Shown: positions 7,338 to 16,076 of the stretch, one piece after another | How the letters are laid out: each line of letters starts with the position of its first letter | Numbering within the stretch: position 1 is the first letter of the stretch | Origin: an uncultured Clostridia bacterium | GTDB lineage: Bacteria; Bacillota; Clostridia; Oscillospirales; Acutalibacteraceae | Direction of reading: 5' to 3' | Assembly: GCA_946646305.1 (NCBI GenBank) | Contig: CAMPCO010000001.1 | Location: forward strand, 1-39,394 | Length of the DNA stretch: 39,394 nt | The notes under the pieces: model-generated | Database searches by the model: none | What the model was told of the DNA's origin: nothing | Seen by the model: the letters and a program-made list of their open reading frames with translations, nothing else | Position numbers and translations under genes: made by a program

Positions 7338-9851
7338 TCAAGGTTTTTTAATCATAAACGCCGCAAGTGAAACCGCGGTGGCGGCAAGTTCAAATATGAG
7401 AACGGTAAGTCCGCGCTCCGCTATGGTAACATCGCCGAGGAAGGAACCGTAGATAAAGTAGATGGTTCCTATAACCGCCGCGATAACATATAAAACGGTC
7501 AGCAATATGTTTGATTTTTTTATCCTCGCCGCGCTGCACATTATCTGCAAAAGGCTCATAGATGTGCCGCGGAAAGCCGCCGGAGCGGAGGTCTCTTCGC
7601 AGGGCATAGTCGCTTCCTTGTGGGCATTTGCACCGGTTACATTCATAACCAGCACCGAGTCTTCATAAAGATCAAAATAATCGCAGATCATCTCGTTTGT
7701 AACATTAGGATCGGTGTTATCTACAAGAAGAGTGATGCCGAGATCCGCCGCGCTTTTAAGCTGTTTTGTAACCGCGTGATTAACCTTGTATTTTATAACA
7801 AGTAATAGGCAGGCTTTGTTGTCGGTTGCAACATAAACAGGGAAGAAGCCTTTTCTTAAAATCTCGCGATCGTATTCAAGATCGGGAACTTCAATGCCGT
7901 GGGCTTGAAGCAGGGTGCGGTTGCCTATAAACATCAGTTTATCATCAACCCAGCCGGATATACCGAGCCTTTTTTCGTATTTAACCGTATCGGATGGCGG
8001 AACATCATAAGCGGCATTTGTTTTTGCAATTTGCTTAAATATGTTGGAAAGCGGGCTTGATACCGCATCGGTAAGCGAAGCGGCGCGAAGAATAATATCA
8101 TCAACATTGTTGTTTGCAAGAACCTTCATATCTTTTAAAACAACACTTCCGTGCGGGAAGATATCTTCTGTTTTTATAACCACCGCGTTTGCCTGGTTTA
8201 TTTTATCCGCCCCTGCATAGCCGTTTAACATTGCGCCTATTCTGTTAAGCCTTGTTGCGGCACTGCGAAGCGGCAGAACATCAAGCAGGAAAACAACAGG
8301 CATCGCCGCCGCGCACAGGATGGCGGATGAAACATAAAGCGATTCGGTAACACTGTGTTTTATAAGTCCCGCAATTATCGCCGCCACAACAGCCAGCGAA
8401 AGGGAAACAGCAATAAGTATAGATGATTTTTCAAAGGTTTTCGGCTTGTATGAAGAATACTTCATAAAGTCGGCTACGCGGTCGGTTTGCCTTGAAGTGG
8501 CAATCATAACCTTACCCTCTATGGAATTCCTCGCCATAACAATGGTTGTCGGGTCATCATTGATAAGGCTGACCGCTTTTTTTGGCCTTTGAACAGAAAT
8601 GATTTTTAAATTTCCTTGTTTTATTGAAACATCATAAAAACGGGAAATTATGCGGATAAGCAACATAAATGCGCAAACCACTATAACCGTAAAGCAGTTT
8701 TCTCCTTTAATGCAGGAAAAAACGGAAAGCGCCAAAGTGGAAAGGGAGGCCAGAGCGGCGCATAAATCAAAACTCGGCTCGCCCTTTATAACCTTCGCAA
8801 AGCTTGTAAACATTTCGCAGTTTAAAAGCACCATAACCGAAAGAATGGCGGTAGAGGCGATAAGCAATGCCGATGAGCCGCTATAAAATGAGGCATAGAT
8901 AGAAGGCATAAGGAAAATCAGCAAAACAAATAACAGAACGCCGCAAAGAATAGAACTCAAAAACAGGTTGCGCTTTTTGATTGCGAACTTATGTAAAAAC
9001 AGTTTTTCATCCTTGCGATCGTTTATTTCCTCTTTTGGAGCAAAGGTGTCAAAATCATCCTCTTCATAATCGGAGATGGTATCATCATCCGAAACGGGTC
9101 TCTCGGTAAATTCGCCGCTTATATCAAACTGATTTGTAATTGTTTCAACCTTTAAAACAGGCTTATCGCTTCCCGTGTCGGTAACAGGGGTAAACCTGAT
9201 TGTTGCCGTATCGGATGTGGCGGGTTTATCCTGAATGGTATCGGTTTCTTCGGGTTTATCGATATCGGAAATATAACCCTTAATGTTTTCCGCGGGTTCT
9301 TCCATTGTTTTTTCATCAGAATGAATCTCTTCAGGCTCTCGGTCTTCTTCAGGTTGAACCGTGTCCTTAGCATCTTCGGACTTATCCTCTGTATCTATTC
9401 CGAGTATTTCATCCACCGTTTCAAGCTCGTATGCAGGCTTTTCATCCTCTTCTTGAACCTTCTCTTCGGTTTTAAGTATCTCATCAACCGTTTCAAGTTC
9501 ATAAGAAGGCTTTTCCATCTCTTCAAGCGCATCCTCGCCCTTATCATTTGTTGTAAAACGGCGCATTCGCTTTAAAAATGAAAGCTTGCTTTTGTTTGAT
9601 GGGGTATCATCCTCTTCGCCGATAAAATCGGGGGCAGGGGGAAGCGGGTTCGAAAAATCTTTTTCTTCAGCCGCTTCTTCTGTTTTTGCAACATCGGCTT
9701 CCGCCGCTTCTTCATCGGTATCAACAACAAAGCCTACAAAGTCAGTGGGCTTTTTATCTGCGGTCTCACCCGATTGAATGGACTTAATTCTATCTTTTAA
9801 AGCATCCAGGGGGCTTTTTTCGTTTTCTTTATTGTTGCTATATTCGTTCAC
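7338..9851 (-). CDS. Membrane protein: acidic disordered N-terminus (about 285 aa) fused to a degenerate P1B-type (heavy-metal) ATPase-like body
   Basis: GTG start with GGAG RBS 9 nt upstream; the RBS overlaps the rlmB stop. The C-terminal 550 aa are collinear by eye with CopA/ZntA-type ATPases (GEPSFDLCAALASL, ILCAAAMPVV, ANAVVIKTEDIF, ILRAASLTDAVSSPL, FIGNRTLLQAHGI, GITLLVDNTDPN), but the catalytic motifs are mutated. Multiple TM helices. Confidence 0.75.
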   Translation of the reverse strand: MNEYSNNKENEKSPLDALKDRIKSIQSGETADKKPTDFVGFVVDTDEEAAEADVAKTEEAAEEKDFSNPLPPAPDFIGEEDDTPSNKSKLSFLKRMRRFTTNDKGEDALEEMEKPSYELETVDEILKTEEKVQEEDEKPAYELETVDEILGIDTEDKSEDAKDTVQPEEDREPEEIHSDEKTMEEPAENIKGYISDIDKPEETDTIQDKPATSDTATIRFTPVTDTGSDKPVLKVETITNQFDISGEFTERPVSDDDTISDYEEDDFDTFAPKEEINDRKDEKLFLHKFAIKKRNLFLSSILCGVLLFVLLIFLMPSIYASFYSGSSALLIASTAILSVMVLLNCEMFTSFAKVIKGEPSFDLCAALASLSTLALSVFSCIKGENCFTVIVVCAFMLLIRIISRFYDVSIKQGNLKIISVQRPKKAVSLINDDPTTIVMARNSIEGKVMIATSRQTDRVADFMKYSSYKPKTFEKSSILIAVSLSLAVVAAIIAGLIKHSVTESLYVSSAILCAAAMPVVFLLDVLPLRSAATRLNRIGAMLNGYAGADKINQANAVVIKTEDIFPHGSVVLKDMKVLANNNVDDIILRAASLTDAVSSPLSNIFKQIAKTNAAYDVPPSDTVKYEKRLGISGWVDDKLMFIGNRTLLQAHGIEVPDLEYDREILRKGFFPVYVATDNKACLLLVIKYKVNHAVTKQLKSAADLGITLLVDNTDPNVTNEMICDYFDLYEDSVLVMNVTGANAHKEATMPCEETSAPAAFRGTSMSLLQIMCSAARIKKSNILLTVLYVIAAVIGTIYFIYGSFLGDVTIAERGLTVLIFELAATAVSLAAFMIKKP
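9402..9515 (-). repeat. In-frame tandem duplication inside the acidic N-terminus of the 837-aa protein
   Basis: EKPSYELETVDEIL (aa 113-126) and EKPAYELETVDEIL (aa 137-150), period 24 aa. Visible in the DNA as accgtttcaagctcgtatgcaggcttttc and accgtttcaagttcataagaaggcttttc. Confidence 0.85.
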
Positions 9852-9864
9852 CCTAAATCACTCC

Positions 9865-10638
9865 TTATATCTTTTCTCTTCCTGCGGCGGCGGCATACAT
9901 AAGAATTCCTGCCGCAACCGAAGCATTAAGGGAATTTATCTTGCCGTTCATCGGCAGACTGATTATCCCATCACATTTTTTTGAAATCAAAGTTCCTATT
10001 CCTTTACCCTCACTGCCTATAACCAATGCCAGCGGAGTATCATAATCAAACTTGCGGTAATCGGTTCCGTTCATATCCGCACCGAAAACCCAAACGCCCT
10101 TTTCTTTTAGATATTCAATGGTGTTTGATATGTTTGTAACCCTTGCAACCGGCACATATTCAAGCGCCCCGGCAGAGGTTTTTTCAACAGTGGCATTAAG
10201 GGTTGCCGAGCGGTTCTTCGGGATGATAACCCCGTGAACACCGCAGGCCTCGGCAGTTCTTATAATCGCGCCGAGGTTATGTGTATCGGTTATCTCATCG
10301 CATATTACAATAAATGGCTTTTCGTTTCTTTCCTTTGCAAGATTTAATATATCTTCAACCGTGCTGTACTTATGAGCCGCACAGGAAACGGCAACACCCT
10401 GATGGTTTAAGTTGCCGCAATAAAAATCCATTTTTTGCGGGCTTATTTCTTTTATGGGAACACCCTTTGCCTTGCATTTGGCAACAATCGCGGTAACCGT
10501 TCCGCCCGATGCCCCTTTTACAATAAAGAGCTTGTCTATCTCGCGGTTTGAACGCAAAACCTCCATAACCGGGTTTCTGCCGCAGACAATATCATTTCTT
10601 TTGCTTTCGTTTATTTCAGGTGTATTATTATCAGTCAA
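9865..10638 (-). CDS. rlmB: 23S rRNA (guanosine-2'-O)-methyltransferase, SpoU/TrmH family
   Basis: N-terminal substrate-binding segment GRNPVMEVL and C-terminal SPOUT motifs LVIGSEGKGI and SLNASVAAGILMY. Apparent TTG start at 10636-10638. Confidence 0.85.
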   Translation of the reverse strand: MTDNNTPEINESKRNDIVCGRNPVMEVLRSNREIDKLFIVKGASGGTVTAIVAKCKAKGVPIKEISPQKMDFYCGNLNHQGVAVSCAAHKYSTVEDILNLAKERNEKPFIVICDEITDTHNLGAIIRTAEACGVHGVIIPKNRSATLNATVEKTSAGALEYVPVARVTNISNTIEYLKEKGVWVFGADMNGTDYRKFDYDTPLALVIGSEGKGIGTLISKKCDGIISLPMNGKINSLNASVAAGILMYAAAAGREKI

Positions 10639-10757
10639 AACCTAACCGCCCTTTTATATTTAATCAATTTATTATAGCATAACAAAACTCAAAATAAAAG
10701 TATAAATCTTAATAAAGTATAAATTATTTTATTTCTATAATAATAGCGCCCGTTTCC

Positions 10758-10786
10758 TTGACAATTTTTTCTGTATATAGTAAAAT
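10758..10786 (+). promoter_or_regulatory. Putative sigma-A-type promoter of the FAD-protein gene
   Basis: -35 TTGACA (10758-10763), 17-bp spacer, -10 TAAAAT (10781-10786). Confidence 0.5.
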
Positions 10787-10824
10787 GTATCGGAATGTTC
10801 CTCATTTTAACGGAGATGATACAG

Positions 10825-12198
10825 ATGAACGAAAAGATATATGATGTTGTTATAATAGGCGGCGGAATAGGCGGCCTTATGGCGGCATACAGGTTGCATA
10901 AAAATGCGCCCGAGCTTAAAATTGCCATTACCGAGCGCGGCAACACTCTTGAAAAAAGAGTATGCTTTGCCGGCAAGGATAAAACCTGTGCTCACTGCAA
11001 AATCTGCAATATAACAAGCGGTTTTGCGGGTGCGGGCGCTTTTTCGGACGGTAAGTTTAATCTCGGCACCGCTTACGGCGGCACCCTTGGCGAAGCACTT
11101 GGTGAAGATGTTGCCAATAAATTTATCAATGAGGTTGATAAAATACTTACCGAGTATTGCACATCGGGCGAACCGGTTGTTTATAAATCAAACGATGCAT
11201 TGCGTCTTAAATGCCTGCAAAATAATCTTCGGCTTCTTGATATGAATGTTAAGCACCTCGGTACGGATAACAACTATCTCACAATGCAAAATCTGATAAA
11301 CGCCATCGCCGAAAGCGGCACAGAGCTTTATCATTTTTATGATTGTGAAAAGGTTGAAAAGATTGACGAAATCTATCATCTGACATACGAAAACAATGAG
11401 GTTTTAAAGGCTAAAAATATAATCATCGCAACCGGCCGCGGCGGTGCAAATTTTGTTTCCCGCTTTTGCAAAGATTTTGGCGTAAAGGTTCGTTCAAATC
11501 ATGTTGATATCGGTGTTCGCGTAGAGATGAAAGATATTATATGGCGCGAGTTTTCATCGGCTATTTATGAGCCTAAAATTCTCTATAAAACCAAAACATT
11601 TGAAGATAGATGCCGTATGTTCTGCTTTAACCAGGGCGGCCTTGTTTCGGCGGAAAGCAACCGCGGAATAATCACCGCAAACGGGCATTCTTTTGCGCAG
11701 GCGGATAAAAAGACCGAAAACTGCAATTTTGCCATTCTTTCAAGCATTCGTTTTACCGAGCCTTTCGATCAGCCTACCGAGTATGCCGAGAATATATCCC
11801 GCCTTGCAAATATGATAGGCAACGGCAATGTTCTTGTTCAGCGTTTCGGCGATTTAATTCGCGGCCGCAGAACTAATGACCACAGACTTTCTCAAAACAC
11901 CGTTACCCCGACCCTTAAAGCCACCGCCGGCGATATATCTCTTGTTTTGCCCCATAGAATACTTACAAATATAATTGAAACCATATATGCTCTTGATAAG
12001 GTTGCCCCGGGTACTGCCAATGATGATACCTTGCTTTACGGTTGCGAAAGCAAGTACTATTCCATCCGCCCGCAGTTCAATGAAAACTTTGAACTTACCC
12101 CCGGCGCATATATAATAGGTGACGGCAGCGGTATCTGTCGCGGTCTGTCGCAGTCGGGCGCAATGGGCATATATGTTGCGGATTGCATCACAAAGTAA
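10825..12198 (+). CDS. Uncharacterised FAD-dependent dehydrogenase (COG2509-like)
   Basis: N-terminal YDVVIIGGGIGGLMAA Rossmann motif and C-terminal GDGSG motif. Start moved to ATG 10825 (GGAG RBS 9 nt upstream) from the longer ORF-track start at 10795. Confidence 0.8.
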   Translation: MNEKIYDVVIIGGGIGGLMAAYRLHKNAPELKIAITERGNTLEKRVCFAGKDKTCAHCKICNITSGFAGAGAFSDGKFNLGTAYGGTLGEALGEDVANKFINEVDKILTEYCTSGEPVVYKSNDALRLKCLQNNLRLLDMNVKHLGTDNNYLTMQNLINAIAESGTELYHFYDCEKVEKIDEIYHLTYENNEVLKAKNIIIATGRGGANFVSRFCKDFGVKVRSNHVDIGVRVEMKDIIWREFSSAIYEPKILYKTKTFEDRCRMFCFNQGGLVSAESNRGIITANGHSFAQADKKTENCNFAILSSIRFTEPFDQPTEYAENISRLANMIGNGNVLVQRFGDLIRGRRTNDHRLSQNTVTPTLKATAGDISLVLPHRILTNIIETIYALDKVAPGTANDDTLLYGCESKYYSIRPQFNENFELTPGAYIIGDGSGICRGLSQSGAMGIYVADCITK

Positions 12199-12214
12199 TA
12201 CTACAACTTGTGTA

Positions 12215-12249
12215 ATACAAAAAATCGTTTTTTGATTTGTATATTTTTT
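12215..12249 (+). terminator. Weak A/T-rich candidate terminator after the FAD-protein gene
   Basis: atacaaa(aaa)tc (12215-12226) pairs with gatttgtat (12234-12242), leaving a 3-nt bulge, followed by TTTTTT (12244-12249). Low stability. Confidence 0.3.
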
Positions 12250-12321
12250 ACAAAGCGAATTTAGTTTTGTCAGTGAGAAAACAACAAGTTGTCCAAACTT
12301 TAAAAAATAGGGGTTTTTTTA

Positions 12322-12350
12322 TTGACAAAAAATGACCCTTATGTTAGTAT
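12322..12350 (+). promoter_or_regulatory. Putative promoter of the riboswitch-xpt operon
   Basis: -35 TTGACA (12322-12327), 17-bp spacer, extended -10 TGtTAGTAT (12342-12350), about 20 nt upstream of the aptamer. Confidence 0.45.
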
Positions 12351-12371
12351 AAAATCAACAATTAAATTGTT

Positions 12372-12439
12372 TGCCGATATAGTTTCGAGTTTATGGTTCG
12401 AATGTTTCTACCGTGGCGCCTAAGTCACGACTATCGGTG
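12372..12439 (+). promoter_or_regulatory. Purine riboswitch aptamer, guanine/xanthine class (G-box)
   Basis: Collinear with the B. subtilis xpt G-box. P1 is ccgata/tatcgg. L2 is UUAUGG. J2/3 is UGUUUCUACC. P3 is cgtgg...tcacg with L3 CGCCUAA. J3/1 GACUAU carries the specificity C rather than the U of adenine switches. Located upstream of xpt. Confidence 0.85.
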
Positions 12440-12499
12440 AAGTTTTCCATTTTTCACTGCTTTATTTTATATAAAACGGTGTAATATTTGGTTATCGGC

Positions 12500-12535
12500 A
12501 AACAGACTGGTTTTTATCGGTCTGTTTTTTCTTTT
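12500..12535 (+). terminator. Riboswitch expression-platform terminator
   Basis: 11-bp stem 12500-12510 / 12517-12527 (aaacagactgg / tcggtctgttt, including G-U pairs), 6-nt loop, then TTTTTTCTTTT. Lies 22 nt upstream of the xpt ATG. Confidence 0.65.
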
Positions 12536-12557
12536 GTTGTAAGGGAGGCGATTTTTA

Positions 12558-13130
12558 ATGAAATCACTTGAAGAGAAAATACTTCGCGAGGGTATTGTGC
12601 TTGATGGTGATGTTCTTAAAGTCGGCTCTTTTTTAAATCAACAAATTGATATTGATTTTCTTTTTAAAATGGGTGATGAAATCGCTCGCGCTTTTGCGGA
12701 TGAACATATAACAAAGGTTCTAACCGTCGAAGCTTCGGGCATTGCGATTGCCGTTGCGGCGGCACATTATATAAATGTACCGGTTGTGTTTGCAAAAAAG
12801 AGCAAGACAATAAATGTTCACGGTGAGGTTTATTCCGCGCGTGTTCATTCCTATACGCATTGTATTGATAATAATATAATCGTTCCGAAAGACTACCTCA
12901 GCCCAAACGATAAAGTCCTTATTGTTGATGATTTTCTTGCAAACGGAAAGGCGTTTGAAGGCCTTATAGAGATTGCGAAACAGGCGGGAAGTCAGATTGC
13001 GGGTTGTGCCGTTGCGATAGAAAAAGGATACCAGGGCGGCGGCGATAATCTTCGCGCCAAGGGATATAAAGTTCATTCCCTTGCTATTATCGATGAAATG
13101 TCCGCCGGCGGTATAAAATTCCGCAAATAA
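12558..13130 (+). CDS. xpt: Xanthine phosphoribosyltransferase
   Basis: 190 aa. MKSLEEKILREG...VLKVGSFLNQQID N-terminus typical of Xpt, and PRPP-binding loop VLIVDDFLANG. GGGAGG RBS. G-box upstream. Confidence 0.9.
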   Translation: MKSLEEKILREGIVLDGDVLKVGSFLNQQIDIDFLFKMGDEIARAFADEHITKVLTVEASGIAIAVAAAHYINVPVVFAKKSKTINVHGEVYSARVHSYTHCIDNNIIVPKDYLSPNDKVLIVDDFLANGKAFEGLIEIAKQAGSQIAGCAVAIEKGYQGGGDNLRAKGYKVHSLAIIDEMSAGGIKFRK

Positions 13131-13188
13131 ATTCGGTGTAAATAAAATTTACATAAAAAACCAAAACAAAATCAGGGGGAAAACAAAA

Positions 13189-14388
13189 ATGAAAAAACTT
13201 TTTGCACTCTTGCTTGCAGTAGTAATGCTTATGGGCCTTGCTGCTTGCGGTAGCAAAAACACCGAAGAAAAGAAGACCGAAGAAGGCATCAAGGTTGGCC
13301 TTATCTGTCTCCACGATGAAAACTCAACCTATGATAATAACTTCATCCAGGCTTTAAAAGAAGTTCAGGAAGAACTCGGCCTTAAAGATGATCAGGTTCT
13401 TATCAAAACAAACGTAGATGAAAGCGATGCTTGCTACAATGCAGCTGCTGAACTCGTTGACGCAGGATGCGACATCATCTTTGCTGACTCTTTCGGTCAT
13501 GAATCTTTCATGATTCAGGCTGCTAAGGAATTCCCGGAAGTTCAGTTCTGCCACGCTACCGGCACAAAGTCACAGACCGAAGGTCTTGACAATTTCCACA
13601 ATGCATTTGCCGCTATCTATCAGGGTCGTTACCTTGCAGGTGTTGCTGCAGGCATGAAGCTCAACGAAATGATCGAAAAAGGCACTATCACCGCTGATAA
13701 GGCTGTTATCGGTTATGTTGGCGCATTCGACTATGCAGAAGTTGTTTCAGGTATGACTTCATTCTTCCTCGGCGCTCGTTCTATCTGCCCGACCGCTACT
13801 ATGAAGGTTACATACACCAACTCTTGGTTCGATATAGCAAAAGAAAAAGAATCTGCTCTTAACCTCATCAACTCCGGTTGTGTTCTTATCAGCCAGCATG
13901 CTGATAGCGAAGGCGCACCGAAGGCTTGCGAAGAAAAAGGCGTTCCGAATGTTGCTTACAACATCAGCACCATCTCCATGGGCCCGAACACCGCTCTTAT
14001 TTCTTCCAAGATTGATTGGAGCGTATACTTCAAGCTCGCTATCGAAGCTGTTATGAACGGCAAAGAAATCCCCACTGATTACTGTGGCACTATGGCAGAA
14101 GGCGCTGTTAAGCTCACCGAGCTCAACGAAAAAGCAGCTGCTGCCGGCACTCAGGAAAAACTTGACGAAGTTCAGGCTAAGCTTGAAAGCGGCGAACTCA
14201 AAGTATTCGACACCAAGACCTTTACCGTTGGTGGTAAAGAACTCACCACCTATACCGCCGATGTTGTAGACGAAGGCGACTTCGTTCCGGAAACAGAGGC
14301 TATTGAAAACGGTGAATTCGCTGAATCAGTAAAGAGATCTGCTCCTTACTTCGATATTAAATATATTGACGGTATCAGCGCTCTTTAA
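13189..14388 (+). CDS. BMP-family (Med/PnrA-like) ABC transporter substrate-binding lipoprotein, probable nucleoside binding
   Basis: Lipoprotein signal peptide with LAAC lipobox (MKKLFALLLAVVMLMGLAACGS). BMP-family length and composition. Followed by a two-domain ATPase and two permeases, as in nucleoside importers of the nupNOPQ type. Confidence 0.85.
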   Translation: MKKLFALLLAVVMLMGLAACGSKNTEEKKTEEGIKVGLICLHDENSTYDNNFIQALKEVQEELGLKDDQVLIKTNVDESDACYNAAAELVDAGCDIIFADSFGHESFMIQAAKEFPEVQFCHATGTKSQTEGLDNFHNAFAAIYQGRYLAGVAAGMKLNEMIEKGTITADKAVIGYVGAFDYAEVVSGMTSFFLGARSICPTATMKVTYTNSWFDIAKEKESALNLINSGCVLISQHADSEGAPKACEEKGVPNVAYNISTISMGPNTALISSKIDWSVYFKLAIEAVMNGKEIPTDYCGTMAEGAVKLTELNEKAAAAGTQEKLDEVQAKLESGELKVFDTKTFTVGGKELTTYTADVVDEGDFVPETEAIENGEFAESVKRSAPYFDIKYIDGISAL

Positions 14389-14407
14389 TTTTTAAACTAA
14401 CAGAAAA

Positions 14408-14431
14408 AGGCGGAGTTTTTATACTCCGCCT
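14408..14431 (+). terminator. Intra-operon hairpin after the binding-protein gene (possible partial terminator or RNA stabiliser)
   Basis: Perfect 9-bp stem aggcggagt / actccgcct with a 6-nt loop. The T-run begins only about 10 nt downstream, so this is not a canonical terminator. Confidence 0.4.
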
Positions 14432-14534
14432 GTATCTGTTATTTTTTTTAAAAATCTACCTTCGCAAAAGGGTACAAGGCTTTGGTTTATACCTTTTTTC
14501 GAATGCAGTAAAAAAGAAAGGTTGTGTAAGGAAT

Positions 14535-16076
14535 ATGGCTTGTGCCGCAATAGAACTTAAGAATATAACTAAGCGTTTCGGCAGCAAGGTTGTTGCCAAT
14601 CACAATGTTTCACTAAGTGTTTACAAGGGCGAGATATTGTCCTTGCTCGGTGAAAACGGAAGCGGCAAAACAACACTTATGAATATGATTTCGGGTATCT
14701 ATTACCCGGATGAGGGTCAAATCTTTATAGATGGGGAAGAGGTTGTAATTCGTTCCCCTAAAGATGCCTTTAAATATAAAATAGGAATGATACATCAGCA
14801 TTTTAAACTAATCGATGTATTCTCCGCCGCGCAGAATATCGTTTTGGGACTTGAAGAAGAGGGTAAGTTCGATATTAAATCCGTAACGCAACGGGTTAAA
14901 GAGATAAGCAGTATGTACGGCTTTGATATTGACCCGAATAAAAAGATTTATGAGATGTCCGTTTCGGAAAAGCAGACCGTTGAGATAATCAAGGTGCTTT
15001 ACCGCGGCGCGGATATTCTTATTCTCGATGAACCCACCGCGGTTCTCACCCCGCAGGAAACTCAAAAGCTTTTTGCAGTTCTTCGCAAAATGCGTGACAG
15101 CGGCAAGGCGATTATCATAATCACCCATAAGCTTCATGAGGTTTTATCCCTTTCCGATAAGGTTGCGGTACTGAGAAAAGGTGAATATATCGGCACGGTA
15201 AACACCGCCGAAACCAGCGAATCGGAACTGACCGAGATGATGGTCGGCAAGAAGATTAGTCTTAATATCAACAGAACAGAGCCAAAAGACCCCGAAGACC
15301 GACTTGAGGTTAAAAATCTTAACTGCGTAAGCGCTGATGGTGTAAAGCTTCTTGATAATGTTTCTTTCACAGCCCGTTCGGGAGAGATACTCGGCATTGC
15401 CGGTATCGCCGGAAGCGGACAGAGGGAACTGCTTGAATCAATCGCGGGACTTCAGGTGATTGAAAGCGGCAGTATCATTTACCACAACCCCAAAACAGGA
15501 ACAGAAGATGAGCTTCGCGGCAGAAGTCCCATTCAGATAAGAGAACTCGGCGTTCGCCTCTCATTCGTTCCGGAAGACCGACTCGGTATGGGACTTGTCG
15601 GCAATATGGATATCATTGACAATATGATGCTCAGAAGTTACAGAAAGGGTCATTCAATGTTCCTTGAAAAGAAGGGACCGAAAGACCTTGCCGAGCGCAT
15701 TATAAAGGACTTGGAGGTTGTAACCCCATCTGCCCAAACCCCCGTTCGTAAACTCTCGGGCGGTAATGTTCAAAAGGTGCTTGTGGGTCGTGAGATTGCG
15801 GCTTCGCCGACTGTTCTTATGGCGGCTTATCCCGTAAGAGGGCTTGATATCAACTCTTCTTATGCTATTTATAATCTTTTAAATCAGCAGAAAGAACGCG
15901 GTGTAGCGGTTATTTTTGTCGGTGAAGATTTGGATGTTTTAATAGAACTCTGTGATAGAATTCTTGTTATCAGTTCAGGTAAAGTCAGCGGTATAGTTGA
16001 AGGCCGCGGCGCAGATAAAGGTGAAATCGGTCTTATGATGACCGGCGCAAATGGAGGTGCAAACGGTAATGACTAA
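14535..16076 (+). CDS. ABC transporter ATP-binding protein with duplicated ATPase domains (nucleoside/sugar CUT2 type)
   Basis: Walker A GENGSGKTT, signature MSVSEKQ, Walker B ILILDEPT. The second half has GIAGSGQRE and LSGGNVQK. Confidence 0.9.
   Translation: MACAAIELKNITKRFGSKVVANHNVSLSVYKGEILSLLGENGSGKTTLMNMISGIYYPDEGQIFIDGEEVVIRSPKDAFKYKIGMIHQHFKLIDVFSAAQNIVLGLEEEGKFDIKSVTQRVKEISSMYGFDIDPNKKIYEMSVSEKQTVEIIKVLYRGADILILDEPTAVLTPQETQKLFAVLRKMRDSGKAIIIITHKLHEVLSLSDKVAVLRKGEYIGTVNTAETSESELTEMMVGKKISLNINRTEPKDPEDRLEVKNLNCVSADGVKLLDNVSFTARSGEILGIAGIAGSGQRELLESIAGLQVIESGSIIYHNPKTGTEDELRGRSPIQIRELGVRLSFVPEDRLGMGLVGNMDIIDNMMLRSYRKGHSMFLEKKGPKDLAERIIKDLEVVTPSAQTPVRKLSGGNVQKVLVGREIAASPTVLMAAYPVRGLDINSSYAIYNLLNQQKERGVAVIFVGEDLDVLIELCDRILVISSGKVSGIVEGRGADKGEIGLMMTGANGGANGND

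Noticed and set aside
10689-10976. 95-aa minus-strand ORF across the rlmB/FAD-gene divergent promoter region.
   Set aside because: It overlaps the FAD-protein N-terminus in antisense and runs through A/T-rich promoter DNA. It has no RBS.
12203-12292. 9-bp inverted repeat ACAACTTGT / ACAAGTTGT separated by 72 nt, between the FAD-protein gene and the xpt promoter.
   Set aside because: It is short and widely spaced, with no flanking direct repeats or coding capacity, so it is consistent with chance. It is not a convincing MITE, operator or structured RNA.
13087-13314. 75-aa minus-strand ORF overlapping the xpt 3' end and the BMP lipoprotein signal peptide.
   Set aside because: It is antisense to two well-supported genes and has no translation signals.
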